Positions 1 to 9,363 of a DNA stretch of 47,475 nucleotides are shown here, in pieces. The stretch lies in assembly GCA_038880755.1 (NCBI GenBank), contig JAVZRC010000001.1, forward strand, positions 74,791 through 122,265, read 5' to 3'. Position numbers and translations under genes: made by a program. The first letter of the stretch is position 1; each line of letters begins with the position of its first letter. The DNA comes from Candidatus Micrarchaeia archaeon. GTDB lineage: Archaea; Micrarchaeota; Micrarchaeia; CABMEP01. The notes under the pieces are model-generated. The model ran no database searches. It was not told the origin of the DNA and was given only the letters and a program-made list of their open reading frames with translations.

Positions 1-1
1 T

Positions 2-814
2 GCAGAGGTAAAGACAGCAGAGATCTCTTCTTATGGACCTGAGAAGTTACCGGCTGGTCCAAACATAGAATCCGCAGACTCAATAATACTTGTTGAAGGA
101 AGAGCTGACGTAATAAACTTATTAAAGAATGATATAAACAATGTGATTGCAATAGGTGGAGCAAATGTTCCAAAATCTATAATTGATCTATGTAAGAAGA
201 AAGAAGTAACACTCTTTGTAGATGGAGACAGAGGTGGAGAGATAATAATGAAGGAAGTGTTAAATAGTTGTGAAGTTGATTATATAGCAAGAGCCCCCAC
301 TGGAACAGAGGTAGAAGAACTAACAAGAAAAGAAATTCTTAAGTCATTAAGATCAAGAGTTCCAGTCGAGCAGGCAGACACACTAAAAAGGAGAAAGGAA
401 GAAAGCACCTTTGAGCAGCAGTATAGGTCAGTTATTTCAAAAGAACCACCGATTCAGCCAGCTCAACCAATGAAACAGGAGGTAATCACTCAACAGACAA
501 AAACAGAAGAATCTTTAATTCCAGCAGGAATTCCTGAGATTATACAATCAGAACTTAATTCCCTTGAAGGTTCTTTAAAAGCTAAATTTTACGATGAACA
601 GATGAATGTAATAGGGGAAGTTCCAGTGAGAGATGTAACAAAAGCATTGCAAGAAGCAAAAGGAGTTTCTACAGTTATATTGGATGGAATAATAACTCAA
701 AGACTTGTTGATTTAACAGAAACTCTTAATATAAAAACAATAGCAGGAATTAAAATGGGCAACGTATTTAGAAAACCACAGAACCTTCAAATTTTCGTAA
801 AACAACAAGTTTAA
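2..814 (+). CDS. dnaG: Archaeal DnaG-type primase / exosome-associated DnaG, 5'-truncated by the window edge
   Basis: Frame is open from position 2 (AEVKTAEISSYGPEKLPAGPNIESADSIILVEGRADVINLL); Toprim motifs VEGRAD and FVDGDRGG; C-terminal DGIITQRL. Confidence 0.95.
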   Translation, partial: AEVKTAEISSYGPEKLPAGPNIESADSIILVEGRADVINLLKNDINNVIAIGGANVPKSIIDLCKKKEVTLFVDGDRGGEIIMKEVLNSCEVDYIARAPTGTEVEELTRKEILKSLRSRVPVEQADTLKRRKEESTFEQQYRSVISKEPPIQPAQPMKQEVITQQTKTEESLIPAGIPEIIQSELNSLEGSLKAKFYDEQMNVIGEVPVRDVTKALQEAKGVSTVILDGIITQRLVDLTETLNIKTIAGIKMGNVFRKPQNLQIFVKQQV

Positions 815-849
815 TTTTCTATTTTTTAATTTCTTTTTATTTTTCTTTT
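815..849. terminator. Oligo-T tract between convergent dnaG and pelota
   Basis: Long T-rich run (ttttctattttttaatttctttttatttttcttttt) directly after the dnaG stop, typical of archaeal terminators. Confidence 0.55.
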
Positions 850-1881
850 TTATCTATATTTGAATCTTAATATACCTGCTATTCCCCCAAATTTTTGCAA
901 TTTTTTCCAGGGTTCTTCTCCAGATGTGAAAACAGTAATTTCCACTCCTTTTTCTTTAGCTTGGTCAAGAATTTCAGGATTATTTCTTGCATATTCGTCT
1001 AATATATACAGTTCCCCAAGTGCCCCATATTGGTTTGCCTCATCAACTTCTTCTCTTCCTTTCACTACTAGACCACTATTTCTTCCCAGTTCAGTCATTA
1101 ATTTTTCAATCTTTTCAAATTCTTGTGAAATTCTATCTTCTTTCATTATTTGCTTGACAGTTCCACTTTTTATAAGTTCATAAACTCCACTTTTTTCTGC
1201 TGTGCTTGTATGTTCAATTGTAATATTCTTTAATAATTCCGGATGTTTGTTTTTTATATAATTTCTAAAAGACTCTGCAGTAAAACCTGGTCCAGCAATG
1301 AGCACACGTTTCGAGTTCTGGATAACTTTTGCAAGTTCTGCAAAATATTTGTTTATCTTTTCTTCATAAGCATCGTCTCTTTTAGAAGTTCTACTTTCAA
1401 GTTCAAAATCAAACTCAACTCCATAACTTCTTAACGTTGCTACATTAGCTATTTTGTCATCCATTACAATTATTTTTAATATCGGTCTTTTACTACTTTT
1501 TTCAGCATCTTTTATTCTATCTAGTTCATAAGTCGTCCATTTTTCTTTTTTTATTTTATATTGATATCCTATTTCGAAATCAATAGTATGGTGGCTTCCT
1601 TTTTGGACATATTCTTCTGGAGTTCCAGATAAAATAATACCCATAACTCTCAATATATTTGCATTTTTATGCAATTCTGTCCTTTCAACTTTCAATTCGA
1701 TTGTAACCTCTTTTTTTTCGCCAGATTCTCCCTTTTCTCCTTCTGATCTAAATCTTCTTATAGTTTTTCCAATAACAATATCTCCAGGATTTATTATCTT
1801 CATAAGATGCCATAAATCCTCGAAATTTTCTGGTTCTATTTTCATTTCGCTGTTTCTCGTATCAAATTTAATTATTTTCAT
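850..1881 (-). CDS. pelA: Pelota/Dom34 ribosome-rescue factor
   Basis: EDLWHL N-terminal motif, GSHHTI, PGF motif, C-terminal GGIAGILRF; 343 aa. Confidence 0.95.
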   Translation of the reverse strand: MKIIKFDTRNSEMKIEPENFEDLWHLMKIINPGDIVIGKTIRRFRSEGEKGESGEKKEVTIELKVERTELHKNANILRVMGIILSGTPEEYVQKGSHHTIDFEIGYQYKIKKEKWTTYELDRIKDAEKSSKRPILKIIVMDDKIANVATLRSYGVEFDFELESRTSKRDDAYEEKINKYFAELAKVIQNSKRVLIAGPGFTAESFRNYIKNKHPELLKNITIEHTSTAEKSGVYELIKSGTVKQIMKEDRISQEFEKIEKLMTELGRNSGLVVKGREEVDEANQYGALGELYILDEYARNNPEILDQAKEKGVEITVFTSGEEPWKKLQKFGGIAGILRFKYR

Positions 1882-2007
1882 ATTAATCAGTTTTATATTA
1901 ACTAATCTATATATAATATTTAAATATTTAATCGATGTATTAAATTTACAGATTGCTATGTTTCTATTAATTGCAATCTATTGATATATAGTTAATAGAG
2001 TGATTAT

Positions 2008-3024
2008 ATGGATGCAAAGAAAATTGTCTTCCTATCTTTGATTATTTTGTTGGGGTTGGTGTTTCTTTCTGGATGTACATCAACTAAGAAATGTAAATTA
2101 GATTCTGATTGTGGAAGTTGGCAGATATGCAATAATTCAAAATGTATCGCTGCCGTTGGATTCTGTGATTCAAATAATGAATGCGCAGCTCATGAGCAAT
2201 GCAATGCAAAAACACACACTTGTGTAGTTAGAACAGGGATGTGTAATGCAAATGCAGATTGTCCAGATTGGCAAGAATGCGACACTGCAACGCATGAATG
2301 CAAAGTTAAGTTAGGCTATTGTATCGATAGCACTTACTGTACTAAGGATTATGAGGTTTGTGATTCAACAACACATCTTTGTACCCCTAAAGAAGGAAGA
2401 TGTAACAATGATTATGATTGTGCAGGATGGCAGCTTTGCAACACCACAACAAATATGTGCTATCCTAGAGCCGGATACTGCTTTACAAGGTTAGACTGCA
2501 ATCTTTGGGAAGAGTGTGATGAAAGAACAAACAAATGTAAAGTTAGGGAAGGATACTGTGCAAATGATGGAAACTGTCAGAAGTGGCAAATATGCGATTT
2601 GACTACTCATAGGTGTGAAGTAGCTCCAAAGTTCTGTGATTCTGATGCCCAATGTGAGTCCTGGCAGTATTGTGTTTTATCAACGCACCAGTGCACTGCA
2701 AGAAAAGGATACTGCAGCTCAACATCAGATTGTGCTGGAGGATATTCTGGTTACGAAACATGTGACCCTGAAACACACAAATGCATAGTTACAGCGGGAA
2801 GATGCGCAAGTGATTCTGATTGTAAGAATTGGGAATATTGTGACTCTACAAGTAAGGTATGCAAAGTGAAGTCAGGATACTGCAATTCGAACAATGATTG
2901 CGAAAGGTCACAGGCATGTGACACTTCAATCCACAGATGCTATAATCTATACTGCGTCACAGATGCAGATTGCGACTCGGGTTACAAATGTTCTTTTGTA
3001 ACTAGATCTTGTTACAAAGTTTGA
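2008..3024 (+). CDS. Cysteine-rich repeat lipoprotein (12 repeats of about 26 aa, 4 Cys each)
   Basis: Signal peptide with lipobox LSGC, then 12 repeats of GxCxxxxDCxxW[QE]xCDxxT[HN]xC. Confidence 0.85.
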   Translation: MDAKKIVFLSLIILLGLVFLSGCTSTKKCKLDSDCGSWQICNNSKCIAAVGFCDSNNECAAHEQCNAKTHTCVVRTGMCNANADCPDWQECDTATHECKVKLGYCIDSTYCTKDYEVCDSTTHLCTPKEGRCNNDYDCAGWQLCNTTTNMCYPRAGYCFTRLDCNLWEECDERTNKCKVREGYCANDGNCQKWQICDLTTHRCEVAPKFCDSDAQCESWQYCVLSTHQCTARKGYCSSTSDCAGGYSGYETCDPETHKCIVTAGRCASDSDCKNWEYCDSTSKVCKVKSGYCNSNNDCERSQACDTSIHRCYNLYCVTDADCDSGYKCSFVTRSCYKV

Positions 3025-3075
3025 TTTTTTTCTTTTTAAATTTCTTATTTTATATTTGGGAATTTTGGGGATTTA

Positions 3076-3552
3076 ATGCTAAATGAATCCATATATTTTC
3101 TTGTGCAAAACCTATCTGATCCATTAGTGATTTCATTTATCCTTGGGGCTTTGCCTATTTCAGAAGTTAGAGGCGCAGCAATTTACGCTTTCTCAATTAA
3201 TAATCCAGCTTTTATCTTACCTGCTATAGTATCTAATATATTAGTATGTCCTTTAATTTTATTGCTTTGGGATATATTAAAGATACAAAAAATAGGTGAA
3301 TTTATTCTTGGTAAGTCACTTGATAATAAATTACATAAATTTGCAAAGGCCTACGAAAATCAAGGTATGTTGGCTTTGATAATATTTATAGGTCTTCCAT
3401 TCCCAGCTACAGGGGTTTATACTGGAACACTGCTGGCAGAGATTTTAGGTATTAAAAGAAGTAAGATGCTATTAGGGTCTATTATCGGTGTTTTTCTTTC
3501 TGCAGCTATAATGTATATTCTACTAAGTAATCTTTTTAGCTTATTTGTATAA
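3076..3552 (+). CDS. Putative small multidrug export-type membrane protein (COG2426-like)
   Basis: PISEVRGA and PFPATGVYTG motifs; about four hydrophobic segments. Confidence 0.75.
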   Translation: MLNESIYFLVQNLSDPLVISFILGALPISEVRGAAIYAFSINNPAFILPAIVSNILVCPLILLLWDILKIQKIGEFILGKSLDNKLHKFAKAYENQGMLALIIFIGLPFPATGVYTGTLLAEILGIKRSKMLLGSIIGVFLSAAIMYILLSNLFSLFV

Positions 3553-3631
3553 ATCAATAAAATGCAGAATAAATTAAAAATAATAAAATAAAAATAATAT
3601 ATTAAAAATAATAAAACAAAAAAGAAAAAAT

Positions 3632-4696
3632 TTATCCGCAGCTTCCACTTACGCTGCCAGTTTCACTGCTTAATGTTGTGCTGCAGGAGTTGGGCTGGGT
3701 TTCAAAAGCAGAGCATATGGTTTGTTTGTATGCTTCTGCAGTTCTACCACCAGAATACTCAATATCGTTTATAAATAATGTCGGTGAGCCCTGTACTCCA
3801 TACTTCTGGTTAATACTGTATTCCTGCTCTGCATATTTCAATGCGTTCTCATTGTAGCAGTTCTTTATAAGCTCTGTATCTATTCCCTTGCTTTTCGCTA
3901 TGTTTTCCCAGCAAGTGTCTACATTCTGGTAGTTACAAGAAGTGCTGACTGTTTTTATATAGTCTCTCCAAACAGAGTAATCATATTTCTCTTTTATGCA
4001 TATCTGTCTTATGTCTTCCCTTAGTTCCGCTACCCCATGCATTGAACAGTATGTTTTGTTCAAACAATATGCATCCTCCTGGCCAGAATAGTATTGCGCA
4101 GGATAGATTACATAATGGAGTTCAAATTCGATTTTATCTCCTAATAAATCAGTAACTGGCCACATTGCGTTTTCTGCCTGTTGACCATACGGACAGTAGC
4201 TCATTACAAATAACTTCACATTTGGCTTTTCAGATTTTGGAATTTCCTGCACTTGAGTCTGAGTGCCTTGGTTTGTTTGAGGGATGGTCTGACTCATGTT
4301 GTAAATTCCACCAACTATCATAAATTCTCCATCATTAGTGACATAAACCTCTCCTTCGCTTAATTTAGCGCCGTTTTGCATTATGTCAATCTGAAGGACA
4401 GATATTCCGTTTAATTGTGTTATGTTTTTAACAACTGCATTCGCATTGTAGGATTTAAGGAAATTTTTATCAAGGTAATTTGCAACCTTTGTTGATAGAT
4501 CTGCAGTACTCATCTCTATTCCGTATTTTGGTTTTGACAGAGATAGAAACGGCAGATCCCATGCATTCATTATTAAATAGCCTACTAATGCATAACCAAA
4601 TACTAAACCGAAAACAACTCCAATCACAAGGCTTGTGATAATAAGTTTTCTCTTACTTGTTTGGCCTATCTTTTCTTTTATTTTTTTAATAACCAT
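3632..4696 (-). CDS. Membrane-anchored thioredoxin-fold (DsbA/GILT-like) protein
   Basis: N-terminal TM helix; FVMSYCPYG active-site-like motif; CSMHGxxE; GVQGSPTLFIN cis-Pro loop; C-terminal GSCG. Confidence 0.75.
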   Translation of the reverse strand: MVIKKIKEKIGQTSKRKLIITSLVIGVVFGLVFGYALVGYLIMNAWDLPFLSLSKPKYGIEMSTADLSTKVANYLDKNFLKSYNANAVVKNITQLNGISVLQIDIMQNGAKLSEGEVYVTNDGEFMIVGGIYNMSQTIPQTNQGTQTQVQEIPKSEKPNVKLFVMSYCPYGQQAENAMWPVTDLLGDKIEFELHYVIYPAQYYSGQEDAYCLNKTYCSMHGVAELREDIRQICIKEKYDYSVWRDYIKTVSTSCNYQNVDTCWENIAKSKGIDTELIKNCYNENALKYAEQEYSINQKYGVQGSPTLFINDIEYSGGRTAEAYKQTICSAFETQPNSCSTTLSSETGSVSGSCG

Positions 4697-4804
4697 CTTA
4701 TCACCTAAAATTAGTTAAGTATGAGATATTATTGTTATTATATATTGATAAATCTTTACTTTGAGTATTATATTAACCTTATGTGGATAAAATCAGGTAT
4801 CTAA

Positions 4805-5326
4805 ATGGATAGAAAGAATAAATCTAGTAAAATTCAATTTTTACCAGTTTACATTTCATTCATGTTTTTATGGAATCTAATCATATTCTTAACTCCGATT
4901 CTTTCCATCAATAACTTGGAAATCTCTAAATCGCTATTTACATTTTTCTCATTTTTTTGCCACCAGTTATTTGAAAGGTCAATATGTATGAATAATAATA
5001 TGGAAATAGGAAACTGCTCAGTAGCAAATGGTTTTATATATCAATTTCCAGTATGTGCAAGAGATATAGGTTTTTATTTTGGGATGCTGATTGGCGGAAT
5101 TATTATGTTAATTGCACGCAAAGGAGAAAAAATGCCTAATTTATTATTCCTTTTGATTTTCATTTTCCCTATGGCAATAGACGGTATTACACAATTATTG
5201 TATTTTAGGGAGAGCACGAATGAATTAAGGCTGATCACAGGCTTTCTTGCAGGCGTGATCATTCCATTTTATTTGATGCCGGTTTTAAATAGATTTTCTT
5301 TGAGGGGTGTTGGGAATGAAAGATAA
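4805..5326 (+). CDS. DUF2085-like membrane protein
   Basis: CHQxxERS, PVCARD, PMAIDGITQL and RESTNxLRLITG motifs. Confidence 0.8.
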   Translation: MDRKNKSSKIQFLPVYISFMFLWNLIIFLTPILSINNLEISKSLFTFFSFFCHQLFERSICMNNNMEIGNCSVANGFIYQFPVCARDIGFYFGMLIGGIIMLIARKGEKMPNLLFLLIFIFPMAIDGITQLLYFRESTNELRLITGFLAGVIIPFYLMPVLNRFSLRGVGNER

Positions 5327-5774
5327 AGAAAACAGATCTAAAAGCCAGGCGATTACAAACCAGATAGCAATAAAAGATATAGAAAAGAAAATCAGGAATT
5401 TCAATAAAGAGATAAAGGTTTTGTCAAAATCAAAAGAATTGAGGCACCTAAATCTAATGAAAGAAAGAGTACTTCGACAGATAAAGAAGTGCATAGATCC
5501 AGAATTAGAAAGCAATATAATAGATCTTGGTTTCATTTATGGTTTAGAATTGACAAAAATAGATAATAAATATAAAGTAAAAATAATTATGACCCTTACC
5601 TCTCCATTCTGTCCTTTATCTAATTATCTTGCATCAGATGTTAAGGAAAAAGTAATGAAGCTTAAAGACGTTTCCGATGTAGAAGTGGAAATAGTATTCA
5701 ATCCGCAATGGAACCCGTCAATGCTTTCAGCAGAATTACAGAGAAAAATGTTTAGTCAATTTATTAATCAATAA
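5316..5774 (+). CDS. DUF59/SufT-like metal-sulfur cluster assembly factor with an N-terminal extension
   Basis: DPEL-x-NIIDLG, MTLTSPFCP and PQWNP motifs; ATG at 5316 chosen because GAGGGGTG lies upstream. Confidence 0.85.
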   Translation: MKDKENRSKSQAITNQIAIKDIEKKIRNFNKEIKVLSKSKELRHLNLMKERVLRQIKKCIDPELESNIIDLGFIYGLELTKIDNKYKVKIIMTLTSPFCPLSNYLASDVKEKVMKLKDVSDVEVEIVFNPQWNPSMLSAELQRKMFSQFINQ

Positions 5775-5788
5775 CTCGTTATGTTTTC

Positions 5789-5818
5789 ATAAGTCAACAT
5801 AAGTCAAAATAAGTCAAA
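5789..5818. repeat. 3 x 10-bp tandem repeat ATAAGTCAA(C/A)
   Basis: ataagtcaac ataagtcaaa ataagtcaaa, between convergent stop codons. Confidence 0.85.
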
Positions 5819-5823
5819 AGTTG

Positions 5824-6267
5824 CTATACATCGATTATAACTTGACATTTCCATATTTCTTTTCCGTTTATTTTTATTTTCTCTACTTTAAAATGATGCA
5901 TAGTAACTGCCTTTGCATCTATAACTATATCGTGTTTTTTCGGATCTATTTTATCCCCATATGCATTTGCATGAAGCATATATCCTTCATTATCTCTATG
6001 GATTTTAATATCAAATTTACTGAAAAACATCTGTTCTGCATCCTTTAGAAAAACTAGTTCATCTAGAAAAGAGAATAGGAGTCTCTCTTCATTTATCTCT
6101 TTCTTAGAAATTTCATATTTTATCTTAGGTTCTATTTTATTCGGGTCTCTCACCATTACACCAAGTAAGGCAATTCCAGCATATGAGAACATTTCTTCCA
6201 ACGATTCTCCTGTTGCCTCAAATGCAACATCTGCAGATGTTAATTCAGGAAGATATTTGTAAGCCAT
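5824..6267 (-). CDS. Archease (RtcB cofactor)
   Basis: SADVAFEA, FLDELVFL, KAVTMH and terminal IDV motifs; directly downstream of rtcB. Confidence 0.95.
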   Translation of the reverse strand: MAYKYLPELTSADVAFEATGESLEEMFSYAGIALLGVMVRDPNKIEPKIKYEISKKEINEERLLFSFLDELVFLKDAEQMFFSKFDIKIHRDNEGYMLHANAYGDKIDPKKHDIVIDAKAVTMHHFKVEKIKINGKEIWKCQVIIDV

Positions 6268-6287
6268 GTTTTCCCTTAAATTATCTA

Positions 6288-9245
6288 TTAACCTTTGATG
6301 TTTGCAATAGGTATGAATCTTACAACTCTTTTTGATATTCCTGCCTTTTCACAGGTTTCTGTAACATCATCTATCGATTTATATGCAGCACCAGCTTCCT
6401 CAGCCAATCCTGAAAGGCTATCTGTTCTTACAATAATACCTCTTTTTTCCATATCTTTCTGCAATTGATCTCCTCTGAACTGATGCTTTGCCTGTGCCCT
6501 TGACATGGTTCTTCCACTTCCATGCGCAGTGCTACCAAATGTATTTTCTTCTGCATATTTTGTGCCCAATAGCAAGTAGCTTCCAGTTTCCATTGATCCT
6601 CCGATAATAACCGGCTGACCAAGCTTGCTATACTCTGAAGGAATTTCTTTATTTTCAGGTCCAAATGCACGCGTGGCACCCTTTCTGTGCACTATGACTT
6701 CTTTCCAGTTTCCATCTATAAGATACTTCTCCAGCTTTGCTGTATTGTGTGTGACGTCATAAATTTGATGCATTCCTAGTTTTTCAGGATCTGATTTAAA
6801 GACATCGCTAAATACTTCTCTTATTCTATGAAGTATAACTTGACGGTTTGCAAATGCCATATTCATTGCTCCTTTCATTGCTGAGAAATAAGTCTGACCT
6901 TCTGGCGAGTTAAAAGGCGCACAAGCAAGCTCCTTGTCCAGGATTTTTATCTTATATTTTGATTCCATTACATTAAGAAATGTATTAAGAGAATCGGTTG
7001 CAACCTGGTGTCCGAATCCTCTGCTTCCACAATGGAACATTACAACAATCTGACCAGGGAATAGGCCGAGCTTCTTTGCAGCCTCTTTGTCAAAAATGTT
7101 TTCCTCCTTTACAACTTGAATTTCTAGGTAATGATTTCCTGAACCTAATGTTCCTATTTGATCATATCCCCTTGTGATTGCTCTTTGGCTTATCTTTGAC
7201 GCATCCGCCCCTTCCATGCATCCCTCTTCTTCTGTTCTCTTAAGATCTTCATCCCACCCGTATCCTTTTTTAACAGCCCATTTTGATCCCTCTTCAATTA
7301 CCTTCTTGAATTCGTCCTTGCTTATTTTTACAAATCCAGTTGCGCCTACACCTGAGGGAACTCTCTTGAATAATTGATCTATCAATTCACGAATCTTTGG
7401 CTTTACATCATTTATGGTCAAATCAGTTCTTACAAGACGCATTCCGCAGTTTGACACCACAAAGCAATTTGCTATGAAATTATGTGCCTTATGGTTGATA
7501 GTAAAGTCATATACCCAGCCTTCGTAGTCAGTTTTTTCCTTTTGAACTACTTCTGTCCATATTGCTCCACTTCTACCTAGTCCTTCGGTTGCTTTCTTGC
7601 AAAAATCTTCAAAACCATCGAATTCGAACGATATTCTTAGCTTTGTTTTTCTCTTTTCGTAAATTGATCTTATTAAAAATCGTGAATTAACATATTCTGA
7701 TTCAAGCTCTTTAATTATTTCAGATCTCGAATAGCCGGATTGCCTCATTGTTTCAGTTAAACTGATTGCATTTATTCTCTTATTTATTATGTTTTCTTTC
7801 AGCCTAAGATATACAATTGCAGCGTTTGCCTTTGAAGTTTTTTCATTGTTATATTCAAATCCAATTTTTTTGTACAATCTAATCAAATTTTCCGAGTCAT
7901 TATACACATGCAAGCGTATTCGGAATGTTTTGCTGAATTTCCCATCATATTCATAAACTGGTTCACTTACAACGCTTTTTATGTCAAATTCAGCAAGTAT
8001 TCTTTGTATTTCAGAAAGAAAATCTACTCCAGATTTAATACATTCTGCTGATTTGTTTATCGATACAGATGGCATGTAAAAATTGAATTCATGGTTAGTA
8101 AGTACCTTTGGAGTGCTCATTTCAGCTCCAAAGAATGCGGCAAGGAACAATCGTTTTTGCCACTTTGGAGATTTCGTGATCCATGTAGGCAATTTAAATG
8201 CCTGATATGCCTTATTGCCTACAGGTGCACCAAGCATGGCTAACAATGCAGCAAAAGCGCGCGAAGAAACACGCAAAGAATGCTCCAGAAATTCAAATCT
8301 GACCTCACCATATTTTGTAGAAATTTTATGTTTTCTTTTTCTTGAATATATTTTGCTCGAGAATCCAAGGCGCTGAATTTCATATTGCATGCTTTTAAGA
8401 TCTTCCTTCTTTCCCCAGAAGCATGAACATATTCTACCACTTCTATCAATGTATATGGTTCCATCTCCCATGTTGTACGCAACTAATTTTATAAGCAGAG
8501 GAAAATTCTCAGATGAAAGTCTTAGAGGAAGGAGATTTCTTTTTTTAAGTTCTGTAATTATTTTCTCTTTGCTTGTTTTTGAAAGAGACAAAATATCGAT
8601 ATCTGATTCGCTGACAATTATTTCCTCCGATGGAATCTCATATTCCGTTCCTTCAAAGGGAAAAACCACTATTTTTTCTCCTTCTTTTATATCCTGTATC
8701 TTTTTCATTCCATCCTTTGTCATGATCGGGTGGTCTGCTGTTGCCTTTATCTCCATTCCACATTTTGTCTTTATAATAAAAACATCATCTTTAGACCTGC
8801 GCCTTAAATGCAAAAGAATATCTGCATTAATCCTTCTTTTTTCTGAAATCAGTGGCAATCTTATCTGTGTTTTGGATTCGAACATGTCTTCAATTCTCAG
8901 TGTATATCCATATTCAGTCAGTATTCGAGTCTCGCCAACCAGACAATTTATGTCAAAACCCACCCCTCCAGGTGAAATTACACCATTTTCTGTGTCAAAT
9001 GCTGCAACACCCCCGATTGGAAAGCCATATCCAGAATGGCCATCAGGCATGACATAAGAGTATCTTTGAATTCCTGGCAGAGTAGCAACATTTGAGGCCT
9101 GGTCAAATACTGCAAGATCCATTGTGTCAAGCAGTTTCTTGCTTGCATACACTCTTACAGGTACTCGCATTCCTTGCTTGAAAGACGGAGAAATCTCCCA
9201 TAGATAATCGTTTATCTTTATGAATTCAGGTTTTTTCTGCACCAC
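6288..9245 (-). CDS. rtcB: RtcB tRNA-splicing ligase precursor with an intein (spliced extein 486 aa)
   Basis: MPDGHSGYGFPIGG, GFDIN|CG, GTLGSGNHYLE, HCGSRGFGH, HRKGAT and HGSGR motifs; GTG start preceded by GGGGTGAAGG. Confidence 0.97.
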   Translation of the reverse strand: MVQKKPEFIKINDYLWEISPSFKQGMRVPVRVYASKKLLDTMDLAVFDQASNVATLPGIQRYSYVMPDGHSGYGFPIGGVAAFDTENGVISPGGVGFDINCLVGETRILTEYGYTLRIEDMFESKTQIRLPLISEKRRINADILLHLRRRSKDDVFIIKTKCGMEIKATADHPIMTKDGMKKIQDIKEGEKIVVFPFEGTEYEIPSEEIIVSESDIDILSLSKTSKEKIITELKKRNLLPLRLSSENFPLLIKLVAYNMGDGTIYIDRSGRICSCFWGKKEDLKSMQYEIQRLGFSSKIYSRKRKHKISTKYGEVRFEFLEHSLRVSSRAFAALLAMLGAPVGNKAYQAFKLPTWITKSPKWQKRLFLAAFFGAEMSTPKVLTNHEFNFYMPSVSINKSAECIKSGVDFLSEIQRILAEFDIKSVVSEPVYEYDGKFSKTFRIRLHVYNDSENLIRLYKKIGFEYNNEKTSKANAAIVYLRLKENIINKRINAISLTETMRQSGYSRSEIIKELESEYVNSRFLIRSIYEKRKTKLRISFEFDGFEDFCKKATEGLGRSGAIWTEVVQKEKTDYEGWVYDFTINHKAHNFIANCFVVSNCGMRLVRTDLTINDVKPKIRELIDQLFKRVPSGVGATGFVKISKDEFKKVIEEGSKWAVKKGYGWDEDLKRTEEEGCMEGADASKISQRAITRGYDQIGTLGSGNHYLEIQVVKEENIFDKEAAKKLGLFPGQIVVMFHCGSRGFGHQVATDSLNTFLNVMESKYKIKILDKELACAPFNSPEGQTYFSAMKGAMNMAFANRQVILHRIREVFSDVFKSDPEKLGMHQIYDVTHNTAKLEKYLIDGNWKEVIVHRKGATRAFGPENKEIPSEYSKLGQPVIIGGSMETGSYLLLGTKYAEENTFGSTAHGSGRTMSRAQAKHQFRGDQLQKDMEKRGIIVRTDSLSGLAEEAGAAYKSIDDVTETCEKAGISKRVVRFIPIANIKG
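7449..8945 (-). mobile_element. Intein (499 aa) with LAGLIDADG-type endonuclease, inside rtcB
   Basis: Begins CLVGET (Cys101); block B ATADHPI; LVAYNMGDG and FLAAFFGAE motifs; ends VYDFTI...HNFIANCFVVSN before C+1 of CGMR. Confidence 0.95.
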
Positions 9246-9363
9246 ACCTTCACCCCATAGATAATTAGAAAATGCTCTTTCAGTGAAATATTTTTTTATA
9301 TTTATTGTCTTTGTTATATTATTAGGGTATTATCTTTATTAATCTTTATTCACAATTATCATC

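Noticed and set aside
2008-3024. Possible CRISPR array or DNA tandem repeat
   Set aside because: Periodicity is at protein level only; there are no identical DNA repeats with spacers and no cas genes in the window.
8389-9057. 222-aa antisense ORF inside rtcB, and similar ORFs such as 860-1183, 13317-13835, 18603-19136, 20181-20690, 22183-22632, 23936-24439, 31822-32334
   Set aside because: They lie fully opposite well-supported genes and have the S/F/I/P-rich shadow-frame composition.
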